Shown piece by piece: positions 1-11,630 of a DNA stretch of 64,000 nucleotides; the stretch's first letter is position 1; each line of letters begins with the position of its first letter. Source of the stretch: Selaginella moellendorffii (lineage: Eukaryota; Plantae; Lycopodiophyta); NCBI RefSeq assembly GCF_000143415.4, contig NW_003314317.1:310001-374000 (forward strand). Reading direction: 5' to 3'. The translations under genes and the position numbers were made by a program. Under the pieces are notes generated by a model. That model was not told the origin of the DNA and ran no database searches. It saw only the letters and a list, made by a program, of their open reading frames with translations.

Positions 1-74
1 CCATGGGCACGCACTTGCCACGGGCACGCTTGCCCACGGCGGCAACTGCTGGCAAAGAGATTTCAAAGAAGCGA

Positions 75-1130
75 ATGGAAGACGAGAAGACGTGGGTGTG
101 GAACTGCGTCATCAGAGACTACGGCATGCTTGGCCGAGTCGAGTGCGCTCGAGAGGCATTTCTGCAGTGTCCAGCTAGGAACTTCCTGACCTGGAAGCTC
201 CTTGCTGACGCATATGCCCACAAGGGGCATTACGGGAAAGTGCTAGAGATTGAAGACAAGATCCCGGCTGTGATGTATCAGCTTGCTCCGCCTCCTCCTT
301 CTCCAGCATCCATCTTTGATGCTGTTTCTCTGTACCAGAAAGGCAAGAGGTTGGCAGCATGGGAACTTCTTCAAGTGTTTTGCCATGAGGGAAATGGAAG
401 GAAGCTTCTTTTTTCGGCATTGGGCAAATACAAGACAGTTTCTATGCTTCTTGTGTTCACTTCCCTCTTGACTTATGGCGATGCCCAGCTTTTCAAGCTA
501 ATTCGGACCATGCTAAAAGAATCTTCACTGACTGAAGAAAGCCTCATCCATCTAGCATGCTGCCAGGGCAAGAAAGAAGTCAAGCGCCTCGAAGACTATT
601 ATCACGGCCTTCATCTGTCGAAGACTCGGGGCGTTCCAGTCACTCAAGGTGTTTCAGGCGTTCCAGCGGAAGCTACGCGAACTGCGCAGGAACCAGCCAC
701 TGAGGGCGTTCCAGTGGAAGCTCCGCGAGCTGCGAAGGAACCAGTCACTCAGGGCGTCGTAGTCACTCAGGGTGTTCCAATGGAACCAGCCACTCAGGGC
801 GTTCCAATGGAAGCGCGAGCTGCGCGTGAGCGTCTCGAGGCTTTGTACATCAAGGCCTTATTCTGTGTGTTTGGCGAGGATATGCGGCTAAAGCTGAAGG
901 CTCTGAAGACGCTCAGAGCAATGCGAATTGCTGGAGCTCACTGTGGGGACTTACTGCTGGGACAAGGAAAAAGCCGAGCAGATAACTACGCAAAGACACT
1001 GGCAATCCATGCCATATCAGAGGCGGAGCAGCTGATGGCTCTTGGTGACGTGCCTAAAGAGTGCCGGCCATTCGTGAACGCTCTCAGGAGTGTCCTTGCA
1101 AAGCTGAGAGACGACGGTGTCATATGCTAG
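75..1130 (+). CDS. Orphan protein with N-terminal degenerate PPR-like motifs and internal VTQGVP-type repeats
   Basis: Open 375-aa frame (in frame from position 3). WVWNCVIRDYGMLGRVECAREAF and LTWKLLADAYAHKGH resemble PLS PPR motifs; repeated cactcagggcgttcca units at ~630-810. Confidence 0.5.
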   Translation: MEDEKTWVWNCVIRDYGMLGRVECAREAFLQCPARNFLTWKLLADAYAHKGHYGKVLEIEDKIPAVMYQLAPPPPSPASIFDAVSLYQKGKRLAAWELLQVFCHEGNGRKLLFSALGKYKTVSMLLVFTSLLTYGDAQLFKLIRTMLKESSLTEESLIHLACCQGKKEVKRLEDYYHGLHLSKTRGVPVTQGVSGVPAEATRTAQEPATEGVPVEAPRAAKEPVTQGVVVTQGVPMEPATQGVPMEARAARERLEALYIKALFCVFGEDMRLKLKALKTLRAMRIAGAHCGDLLLGQGKSRADNYAKTLAIHAISEAEQLMALGDVPKECRPFVNALRSVLAKLRDDGVIC

Positions 1131-1940
1131 GACCCGGGGCTTGTGAATGTACAGTTTTTTACGATGCGACGACAACGTTATAGTAGGATTTTAACCTAGT
1201 AACCGACATCCCCGACTCTTCTATGATGCTATGATGGCTGAGCATGGTGTCAGTGCCTCTAGCCTACGTTGTAAGTTTTTGCGAAACAGGCGGCGCTGAC
1301 ACCAGCTCAGGTGCATTCGTGGTTATTATCGTCTGGACAAGTCTAGCTTTGGGCCGGTCTCACTGTGCCTCTCCAGTTCCCGGCACGGCACTCGTATGGC
1401 ATCAATAAGGTCGCGTTTCTGACCGGAACATGTCCTGAGAGATATCAATGTTTCGGTTACGAAAGCTGGGCTGGTGAAGTAGCCACTGCCGGAGGAGAGC
1501 TTCAGCGCGGTCACTCCGGAGGGACTTGCCAGTGTTGAAGGGGCCTTGCCTGGAAATGCGTTGGTCAGGGCTGGAGTGATCGGGCTCTCTGTTCAAGGCA
1601 GTCCTTGAGATTTGGAAACTTCGAACGTACGGTGTTCGTGGCATCTTCACCTCCTCGAGCTCGATATCTAGATGAGGGGCAGCCGCGCGTGGAAGTCCTC
1701 AGCGCTGGGAACTCCAAGGAGGCATGAGCGTGGCAGAAGTGGAACGGATCTAGCACGATTGGTGTGTGCAGGAAGCACTCTTTTTCCTTTTCTCTGTTTT
1801 GCTTACTATAATATATCTAACGCTTGAAACTAACCAAAACCTAACTAGACCTCAGACCTCTCCACGTGGACAAGTTTGCAACCAAAGTTCTAGACATGGA
1901 GGGAGCTAGAATGCCAAGTTCATCACAATTGCGCTGCCTA

Positions 1941-2430
1941 TCAACATAAGTCCATCAGCATATACCGCGGCGACACATCCTCAAATCGCCTGGGCTCGCA
2001 CCTCCTCACCACGATCTTCTGCACTGCTCCACGGTTCCCATGAAACCTCCATACTCCCGCAACCGTATTCCTTGGTCCACTCCACCAGCTGGTTATACAC
2101 GTCGGGCTCGTAGCAGCTGTTCGCCGAGAAATCCATTTCCCATGGCCTCTCCCGCAGCATGCACATGGTGCTCGAAGCTCCCCAGCCGGACACTCCCGTG
2201 CAAACATCAGAGCAGTAGCAGCAGCAGCAGGACTATTATCACTTCCCTTCCCCGATGTGATTCATCTCTTGCGCATCCAAACAAATCCTGCTCCATACGC
2301 TCCAACTTTCCACGGACGAGCTCGGCCAAACTTGGGCATTTACATCAGCCGCTTGACGTCCCGCTTGACGTCTTCCTGCGGCACACCCTGAAAGCTCCAA
2401 GTTCTCAGCTCCTCGTCGTCTCCGCTGCAA
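1941..2430 (-). pseudogene. Decayed paralog of the 4296-5243 orphan gene
   Basis: Shares EMDFSANSCYEPDVYNQLVEW and VKRDVKR blocks; a ~60-nt DNA block at ~2077-2140 is essentially identical to ~4596-4660; frameshifted. Confidence 0.8.
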
Positions 2431-2469
2431 GCGCTTCCTGGTGATAGCGAAGGATCATCGTCGGGTTTC

Positions 2470-4070
2470 AGGAAAACTCCAGCACAAGATGGCAAAGTTG
2501 GCGGCTTGATATAAGCATCCCGAGCACTTTGAACTCGTGCGATTGCATAGCATCGGTGCACTTGCCCATTTCCAACAATATCCATTTGTCCATCTTGATA
2601 CTAAATCCTTTCTTTGATTGCCAGCGAGCACACCGGTAGACCCAATGAAAGCAAGCCCAGAAAGTCCACCCGGCATCCCTTTCGATGCTGCTGCTTCTTA
2701 GAGCATTATTTTCCTGGTCCCAGTCAACTTCAGAGCCGACCACTCGAGAACCCGGCATATGCTGTAGGTGCAGTGATCGAGGAGCTTGCCTGGCTCGGAA
2801 GAAGAAGACGCAACATCGAAGTATAACTCGACCAGGAAGAGATTGGACCTGGAACTCCTGCCATTCCCAGTGCCTGGTATACTTATCCAGCTCGAGAAGA
2901 AGCTCGTGCTGGCCTGCTGGAAACCAACTCGAGAATACCGTGTCCAACGTGATATAGTCCACTGTTGTTCTCGTAGTCTTTCATGAACTGCGTCACCTCT
3001 CCATAGTGGCGCAAGAGGCCGATCTCTCGGGACAATTGGCCACCGCCTCCTCAGTCGAATTCTTGAGTCATCCATCCGTTGTAGCTTTCGCATATATCTT
3101 CACAAGATAACAAGCTGACAGTTAACCTGTGGTGGCTGCGACACTGTCTTTGTTGCGGAGAGTGCATGAACGTCGAAGCGTCATAGCCAAATATACATAA
3201 TAAGCAGTACACCTGGATCAGTGAGGTGGCGCTACTGCCACTTAGGATCATGTCATAGAGAGCATATATACTTTACATCTTGCCAATTCTCTCGCGTTCT
3301 CTTCCCGGTGCAAGGTCCAGATGAGAAGTGGAGAGAGTTCTGCCTCCTCGTCCCAGTTCGACGCGTGAGCCCTCGTCTTGAGTGAAAAGGATTTCGCATT
3401 CGTTCTTCTCTTTGAGCTACTCGCTCTTCAAAACCTTCCCGTGTTGCCTGTTTTGCAGTGAGGAGAAGCCAAGAAGGCTAGCGTTAGCTGGACCAAATAT
3501 TGCTTCCTTTTCTTCCTCTTGGATGTATCCGGGACAACGTCGAGCTTCCTCTTTGGTTGAAACGAAAGGTTGGTATGCGTCCATTCCAAACTCTGCAATG
3601 CCAGTGCCACGGTGCTTCTCTTCAATAACTCTCTTGTATGGAGAGCAAATTCTTACAGTGTCGTGGGCTGTGCTCAAACGCTTTGCGTGAGATATTGAGC
3701 TTTCCAAGTGAGCAGGTGGATTCCAAAGGACGACATCCTTCGATCCCCAAAGCCTTCCTCTGGCTATGTCAGAAAACATGATCAAAGGCAAGCTTTTTTT
3801 TTCACTCACATTGCAACTTTCCGCCAAAGAAACAAACAAATTCACCATAAGAACTCACGAGTGTTCGAAGTTACCTGTGATTTGGATCTTGGATGATCGC
3901 CTGGAAGAGACTCTGCGCATTTGCCAGATCCCACTTGACAGGGCATCTTTGTAGAGCTTCGGGCTCCAGCTCCATTGAGCCATGATCTGCAGCAGGTATT
4001 GGCACATTTCTCAAATGGAGATTGGTCATTGCTTCAGACGGCCTAGACGTAGTGATCATGCACCACATTA
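2470..4070 (-). pseudogene. CABIN1: Fragmented CABIN1 (calcineurin-binding protein 1, HIRA complex) pseudogene
   Basis: Frame-hopping segments in plant CABIN1 order: AQSLFQAIIQDP, KDVVLWN, CSP..KRVIE, NLSFQPKRK, LFLVELYFDVASSS..CTYSICRVLEWSAL, FWACFHW. Confidence 0.7.
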
Positions 4071-4295
4071 ATTCTTGACGTCACAATCCAAGCTCAATTC
4101 ATCTAGCAACGTCGCTACCACAAGCACCTAGAAGATTATTGCAAATGACAGTCCCTCCCAAGCATGGAGGAACACACTACTTGTGTACTTCTTTACCTCA
4201 AGGCGAGAAATTTTATAGCTTCTAGCTTGGTGCATGGCGTGTGTTCGATACTGCTCTTGACCAAAAATGCGCTCAACATCTTATAAATCTCTGTA

Positions 4296-5243
4296 TCATG
4301 AATCATCGATCATCTCTCTCCACCGAAACTGATCCGGTAGAGCAAGTCCATCAGCATATAACTGGCGGCGGCTACTCCTCATGTGTCTAAACATCCCTCT
4401 CTCTTCCTCAAAATCAATGGGCTCACACCTCCTCGCCACGATCTCCTGCGCTGCTCTCTCCTGCGCCTTGTAATCCCGCAGCAGCTGCTCAATGTGCGCC
4501 ACCTCAAACCTGAAGAGATTCACGCAGCAATCCGGTTCCCAACCCGTGTAATCTTTAATCTCAATCTCGCGATGGTACTCCTTTGCACCCTCGATCCACT
4601 CCACCAGCTGGTTATACACGTCGGGCTCGTAGCAGCTGTTCGCCGAGAAATCCATTTCCCCTGGCCTCTCCTGCAACAGCTTGCTGCACAGCAAGTCGTC
4701 CTCGAGCTCCTCGAGCTCCTGGAGCTCCTCAACCATCCGGGCTTCAAACCGCAGCATCACTTCCCTCGTCCTATCAATGTCGCTTGCACATCTGAACAAA
4801 TCCTGCTCCGCCCAGCATGCCATTCGCTCCTTAAACTCTCTAGCACCTGGAGTGGATTTGGAAAACACATTGGACGGTGTCAACCCTCGTTTCCACGGTG
4901 ATCTCTGGATGACCTTCACCAGCGAATTGCTAAACTTGGGCATTTGCATCTGCCGCTTGACGTCCCGCTTGACTTTAGCGCGTACTGCTTTCACGAGATC
5001 TCGGTGCGTTTTCTCACCCAAGCTATGCACGCCAGAGCGGAGGTTGGCGTAAAAGATACCAAAATAGGGGCCCTCCATACTATAGAGGGGAAAGGGATCA
5101 TAATAGTCATCGATCACCTCGACTCTGGCGGTGGACATGTCGACTTCTGCGGCGTTGCAGGCTTGATCCCACACGCGACACAATCGAAGGTCCAGCCTCC
5201 GCACCACAGTGCTCACAACGCTCAGATAAGCATTCCGTCCCAT
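4296..5243 (-). CDS. Intronless 315-aa orphan protein, acidic/coiled-coil C-terminal half, possible degenerate F-box-like N terminus
   Basis: Long ATG-initiated ORF conserved in copy B (24902-25759); four family members in the window. Confidence 0.6.
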   Translation of the reverse strand: MGRNAYLSVVSTVVRRLDLRLCRVWDQACNAAEVDMSTARVEVIDDYYDPFPLYSMEGPYFGIFYANLRSGVHSLGEKTHRDLVKAVRAKVKRDVKRQMQMPKFSNSLVKVIQRSPWKRGLTPSNVFSKSTPGAREFKERMACWAEQDLFRCASDIDRTREVMLRFEARMVEELQELEELEDDLLCSKLLQERPGEMDFSANSCYEPDVYNQLVEWIEGAKEYHREIEIKDYTGWEPDCCVNLFRFEVAHIEQLLRDYKAQERAAQEIVARRCEPIDFEEERGMFRHMRSSRRQLYADGLALPDQFRWREMIDDS

Positions 5244-6751
5244 CAGAACCTACCCTAGTCCTAATTGCCTAATTGAATTTTGAGCTTTTGCGTGAGAGAA
5301 AAATTCAAATCCTGTTGCTGCCTTGAGAAACGCAATTTGAACAAACACACCTTGGGCTCATTGCTGCTGCTCACAAGCCGAGCGAGCAATCCTAAACTTG
5401 CATACAGATGACAGCTATTTTCTATGCTTTCTTTTCACTGCCCTTTATCGGCCAAAATATCAACCCCATTTTTCCTGAAATCACTGAACGCGATCCATGC
5501 AGGAGAACATTTACTCTATCTATTTATTTATCTATATTCTGTGTTGATAGTCTCGCACTTTGAAGCATGAGACTGATGGATGCATAATGCAAGGGTTTGT
5601 GAGCTTTGCTAATGATGCTCGCTACTCCATGCTTCATACAATCTTCAAGCTCCAAGCTCTTCAGAAGTTGTAGACTTTACCTTGTTCTTGGTCTTCCTAG
5701 CTCTTCTTGGTTTCAGTGCTCTTGACCTCTCTTTGTTCTATAACTTCTCTTGGCAATAATCTTTTGGCAAATTATTGGCTTGAAAGTTGAGTTGCCTTTG
5801 TCCACTTGTTTCTTCTTACTCGGGTTTATGGCTTGATTGTAGTACTTGACCTTGTCAGTTGCAACCTGCTTCCGAAGTTGCACAAGATGCGAAGAGTACA
5901 TTCCATCGTAAGTAACACAAAGCTAGGCAAAGCCTTCACTGAAGAGATCGCATATATGGTACTCGATTTATACCAACTCGCAATCAAGAAGCGAGGTTGC
6001 AATTGTGATCGTAAAGCCATGGAATCTTCATAGATGAGCGGACGATAACCCTCCTTGACACTCTGCCTGGACACGAAGTAAAGTCCAGCAGCATCGCCTT
6101 GCGTGACACTTCCCCATCACAACTAATGAGGCAGAGCTGGAGAAGGTTCTGGGGCTCCTTCCGGAACATTGGTTGACTAAAAGTTGCAACTACACACCAT
6201 CGTGAAAGGAAATGCTGCCAGTTAATTTGTTCTAGTTTTTCCACCAGCCATACCACATTGAAGTTTCTATAGTCAAATATTTCATGTTTCTCTTTCTTGC
6301 AGGCTATCTGGAGTTATTCACTGTGTACAATAATCGCAACATAATGGATTTCCAACGCTACCTCACCAGCCATTTCAGAAATGTAGAAGTGAATCTAACT
6401 TGTCTACAAAGACTCACAGCTGAACGGTCTGCGCGATCTCTTTTAAAGGGTAAGGTACGTTTGGAGAATGCCCAGCTGAAATGGTTTCATACCCTCGCTC
6501 ACTTGTTTTACAGACCCAAGATTTAAATTAGAAGGATGCCAGAAACAGTACAAAACGCGGGTTGCTGGTTGAAAGAAGGCCGCTGATGATCCTCAGATTC
6601 GCGAGCTGCTTGAGATCCAAGCAAATCTCTTCACATATATTCCTTCGATAATATTCCTCGTCTCTCACGATCTTCTAAATCGGTTCCCTATTATATTGGC
6701 GGCGATGGAAGCTCTAGCATTGGCGTTCTCCTGGTTGCGACGCGCTCCAGC

Positions 6752-6818
6752 ACAGGCAAGCACGCAGGCAAGCACGCAGGCAAGCACGCAGGCAAGCACG
6801 CAGGCAAGCACACAGGCA
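6752..6818 (+). repeat. 12-bp in-frame tandem repeat (CAGGCAAGCACG; QAST) x~5
   Basis: Directly visible; fewer units in copies B (~27190) and C (~62100). Confidence 0.9.
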
Positions 6819-6972
6819 ACAGGATTGAAGGTCCTCCTTCTTGAGGTGTGTACAGCTCGCTCGTTTCTGTCATTTTTTCTTGTTCCTTGACATTTTTCGC
6901 GTGCGGGCAGACTCCTGCCGCAACAGCGGACAAGAAAGCGGAGGGTTTCCCAGCGCAGCTCGAGGCAGTGAT

Positions 6973-7104
6973 TGTCGAGATGTCAGTCTCGATCAGCTGA
7001 CGTGGCATGTCCACGTGGTCATGAGTCATGTCCCATGTAAAAAGAGTCGGAACACAATGAACGAGCTCATGAGTGTTATGTCCATCCCTTTTTACACCAC
7101 AACA
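6973..7104 (+). repeat. 5' LTR (132 bp)
   Basis: TGTCGAGA...CACAACA, matches 11492-11630. Confidence 0.95.
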
Positions 7105-7155
7105 TGGTATCGGATTTCGGGGACGATCCTGGTTGGTTGATTTGACGTTGCTGTC

Positions 7156-10100
7156 ATGGCCGCTTCAACCCCACCACCACCTCCGCCGCCCCCACCACCA
7201 CCGCCGCTGCCGCTGCCGCCGCCGCCACCGGTTGCTGCTCAAGTTCTCGTGGCTTCCACAGAGAAGGTGGAGAAATTCAGTGGCACGAATTTCTTCACAT
7301 GGGCGACACGAATCAGGCTGATCCTCTCTGCGAAACGAGCGTGGAACATCGTTGATGGGACTGAGCCTCGTCCCGCTGAGCAGACGCTACAATCAGATTG
7401 GGATTTTCGCAATCAGCAAGCCATCACCGTCATTGGCTTGGGATTGAGCGATGAATTCTTGCCGCTGATTGATCTCACCAAGACCGCTGCTGAAATCTGG
7501 ACGTCGCTTCGCACGATCTTCGTGGCCCAAGCCGCAAATTCTTCCATGCTGCTGAATCAACAATTCTTGGCGCTTCACATGGAAACGGGTGAAACCATTG
7601 CTGTGTACGTGGGACGGATTCGAGGGCTAATGGCTGAATTGACTGGTGCTGGGTCTCCTGTCACGGACGATCGCGCCAGGGCGTTGCTGCTTGCAACCGT
7701 CACGCCTGCGTTTAGCACGCTCGCATCTGTTCTATCTCACATGGCCATGAACTTTGATCAAGTCGTGGGTGCCCTACGCAAGATGAAGGGGAAGAAAGAA
7801 GCGATGCCCTCTGCCAAATCTTCCTTGCTTTATGCTGGCGCTGAGGGAGGATCATCCTCGTCCTCTCAAGCTCAGCCGAACGACACTGGTTTTCGTGGCA
7901 TTTGTCACTATTGCCACAAACCTGGACACTTGGCGAGGGATTGCAAGAAGAAGAAAGCTGATCGTGCTAAAGCTGCCAAGAACAAAGACAAAGGAAACAA
8001 AGACAAGGGCTCTGGGACTCCTCGTAAGCTCTTGATGGCTCGCTCTGCAAGCAGCAGCCACCAGCCCGTGCTCGGACCAGAGCTGTGGCTGGATTCTGGA
8101 GCGTCATTCCATATGACGCCCATGGCTTCCTTGTTTTTTGACTACCAAGAACCGTGTGAGAGTGACGCCGTGGGACTCGGTGACTCCTCTGCTCACGACG
8201 TACTAGGCAAAGGAACAATCAGGGTTCAGCTCTCTTCTGGAGAAATCCGGGAGATCTATCCTGTATCTTATGTTCCGGGACTTACACACACGCTGCTGTC
8301 GATTGGAACTGCTGCTCAAGTAGGCTTCGATACTCTGTTCACAGCACAGGGAGCGTTCGTGCTGGATGCCGAGACTGGAGACAAGGTCGCCTTTGGAGTT
8401 CCAGTTGATACGCTCTACCGCCTGGATGCTCACGTGATCCTTTCACCTGTGGCGCTGATGGCTCGGGTTCCACCGACACTTGCAACCTGGCACCAGCGCC
8501 TTGGTCACGTGAACGAGCAACAGCTAAAAAAGGTGGATGTTCCTGTGGCGCCTGGGAGCGTGCTGCTTCTGCGAAGCTTGTGTTGGTGGAAAACACCACG
8601 TTTTTCCTTTTCCACAGATTTCTCATTCTCGAGCAAGTTCTGTTCTTGAGTTGGTACGTTTGTTTGATTATGGTTGAATCTTTGGGAGGCAAACGTTACG
8701 TAGTCACCTTTCTGGATGATTACACGCGGTACCTGATCGTGTACCTGCTGGCTCATAAATCAGAAGTGTTCTCCTGTTTTAGCCAATACAAGGCTTTGGC
8801 AGAAAATCTACACGGCTGTTTAGTTCGTGTGCTCCGCTGCGATCGTGGAGGAGAATTCGTCTCTGGCGAATTCGAGAAGTTTTGTGCTGAAGCTGGGATT
8901 CAGCGCCAGTATGCTGTCCCTGATGCACATGCCCAGAATGGTGCTGCCGAGAGGGTGAATCGCACCATCATAGAAGCTGCACGCTGTATGCTGCTTCATG
9001 CGGGAATGCCGGCTGCTTTCTGGGGAGAGGCAGTGAACACGGCTGTTTATGTTCGAAACCGGTTGCCAACTCGTGCCCTGCCTGGGAAGACCACTCCTTA
9101 TGAGCTTTGGACTGGTCACGCACCTGGTTACGATCATCTCCGCATTTTTGGCTGTTTCGCCTATGCACACGTTCCACACAAGCAACACCGAAAGCTAGAG
9201 TCAAAGGCTGAGCCATCCATTTTCCTGGGATATTTGGAAGGCATGAAAGGATATCGCTTTTATTCTCTCAAGCGCAAGACTTTGCTGGAAAGACGGGATG
9301 TGCTCTTTGATGAGAGCAAGCTGTACAAGGATCGCGCTGAAGTTCCTGCTCCTACTTTCGTGGAACTCCAGCTGGTGGACACAGTTCACGTGACTCCAGC
9401 TCCTTCTCAAGTCCAGTTGTTGCCTTTTGCTCCTGCTGGTGATAACCTGGTGGTTCCTCCAGCACTGCCACCATGCCCTCCAGCTACACCTTTGCAAGAA
9501 TCTCCTCCAATGAGAACACCTAGCTTCTCTGAAGAGCTGATGAACACTTACTTCGAGGGCGACGAGGAATTTCAAGCTGCTCCTGAGTTCTTCCTCGGCT
9601 CATCTTCAGTGGGAGCTGGACGTGGATCATCACCTTCAGTGGGCGCTGAAGCAGGTCGCCAACTTCAGTGGGAGCTCTCCCAGACTCTCCACTTGTTCCA
9701 CCACCTGTGATCCACCCTCCAGCACGTCCTGAACCACGGCGCTCTGCTCGAGTTCCTGTACCATCGAGGCTGCAACTGGAAGCTGAGCAATCTCGTCCCT
9801 TCTTTAGTTTTGGAAAAATTAAAAAGAAAGGAACGCACCAGGCTAATTTCGTGGCTGCTAATCCAGAGCGAATCCCCATTCCAGCGAATGTTGACGAGGC
9901 ATTAGCTGGACCTCATGCTGCCCAGTGGCGAGAAGCCATGAATGTTGAAATGCATTCGCATGAGCGAAACAATACAATGACAAAGACAACTTTACCTGAA
10001 GGTGCTCACCTTGTGAGCTCAAAATGGATTTACACAGTCAAGTACAAACCTGATGGAACTGTAGCAAAGTTCAAGGCCAGGTTTGTCGCACGGGGATTCA

Positions 10101-11457
10101 GCCAGATTCCAGGTTTGGAATACATGGAGTTGTGAAGTTGACCTCTGTGCGAGTGATCCTTGCACTGGCTGCCAAGTACGACCTGGAACTGCACTAGTTG
10201 GACGTTCGCACTGCTTTTCTGCACGGCAAGTTGAACGAGGAGGTCTACGTCAAGCAACCACCTGGATTCATCAAACCTGGTGAGGAACATCTTGTTTGCA
10301 AGCTGAATCGCGCCCTGTATGGGCTTAAACAATCCCCGAGGGTTTGGTTTGAACGCATTGATGCGTTCTTCAAGAGCCTGGGGTGTGCTCCTCTTGCAGT
10401 GGAAGGAAACGTGTACCTGTACAAGTGTGGTGACGATTTTCTCCTGGTTGCTGTGTACGTTGACGACTGCATTCTCGGTGCAAAAACCCGCCACCTGCTG
10501 GACGAGATGAAAAAGAAGCTGAGTGACGAATTTGAGATGTCTGACCTGGGCGAGCTTCGCCATTTCCTTGGCATCCAAATTATACGCAATCGAGGAGCAC
10601 ACACCTTGAGTTTGACACAAGCTCACTATGCAAGGGAGATCTTGGAACGCTTCAATATGCTGGACTGCTCTTCCGTGGCCACACCTCTTGAGGTCAATCA
10701 CAAACTCAGCCGTGACATGGTCCCTGTCACAGAGGAAGAACGCGAGTACATGGCCACGGTGCCATATCGTCAAGCTGTGGGAAGTCTTGTTTATTTGATG
10801 CTGGGCACGCGACCAGATCTCGCCTATGCTGTTGGGATGGTCTCCCAGTTCCTCGAGAACCCCGGACCTGCACATTGGCAAGCTGTGAAGCGGATTTTCC
10901 GCTACGTTCGAGGTACCTTGCATTTGCAGCTTCACTATGGCGCTGCTGTGTCACAGGAACTTCATGGGTACTCGGATGCGGACTGGGCGGGCGACCAGGA
11001 CTCAAGGCGCTCTACCTCCGGGTATGCGTTCTTGCTCCATGGGGCTGCTGTGTCCTGGAGCAGTAAGCGCCAGCCGCTGGTGGCTCTGTCCTCGACAGAG
11101 GCAGAGTACATTGCCCTAACTGCTGCCAGCAAAGAAGCGATTTGGTTGACCCAGTTCTGCCGTGACCTGCCCCAGATTCCTGCTTGCACCGGCCCTATGG
11201 TGCTGTTCTCGGACAACCAAAGTGCTCTTGCACTGGCCGCCAATCCGCGCTTCCATTCTCGGACGAAACACATCGAGATTCGTTTCCACTACGTGCAGGA
11301 ACAAGTCCAAAATGGAAAGTTGTTGCTGGAATATTGCCCCACCGAGGCAATGGTGGCTGATATACTCACGAAGGCTTTGGCTCGAGACTCCTTTGAACGC
11401 CATCGCGCTGCACTGGGAGTCTGCTCTCCATCTGTTTCGGCTGAGTGGGAGGGGTAG
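7156..11457 (+). pseudogene. copia gag-pol polyprotein broken into four frames (7156-8649, 8580-9710, 9668-10135, 10198-11457)
   Basis: Zn knuckle CHYCHKPGHLARDC; protease WLDSGASFHM; WHQRLGH; integrase FLDDYTR / DRGGEF / QNGAAERVNRT; RT YVDD; RNase H YSDADWAGD, SSTEAEY, HSRTKHI, ADILTK. Confidence 0.95.
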
Positions 11458-11491
11458 TCCATCCTCTCAGCTGATCGAGCCAGAGTGGGAG

Positions 11492-11630
11492 TGTCGAGAT
11501 GTCAGTCTCGATCAGCTGACGTGGCATGTCCACGTGGTCATGAGTCATGTCCCTTGAGTCATGTAAAAAGAGTCAGAACACAATGAACGAGCTCATAAGT
11601 GTTATGTCCATCCCTTTTTACACCAAAACA
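11492..11630 (+). repeat. 3' LTR (139 bp)
   Basis: Differs from the 5' LTR by 3 substitutions and one 7-bp indel. Confidence 0.95.

Larger units (their letters stand above)
6973..11630 (+). mobile_element. Full-length but frameshifted Ty1/copia LTR retrotransposon
   Basis: LTRs 6973-7104 and 11492-11630 (TG...CA); TSD GTGAT at 6968-6972 and 11631-11635; PBS TGGTATC at 7105; PPT AGAGTGGGAG at 11482-11491; domain order gag-PR-IN-RT-RH; empty sites in copies B (~27360) and C (~61945). Confidence 0.97.

Noticed and set aside
630-810. Repeats with spacers superficially like a CRISPR array
   Set aside because: Eukaryotic context, in-frame coding repeats, no unique spacers or cas genes
5700-6620. 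Exon-like fragments, e.g. SVKEGYRPLIYED (kinase subdomain X-like) and GYLELFTVYNN
   Set aside because: Too short and degenerate to assign to a family
10030-10935. 301-aa antisense ORF in the copia element; similar antisense ORFs over the PPR, NUP50 and NKAP genes
   Set aside because: Shadow frames of GC-rich coding sequence with no motifs of their own
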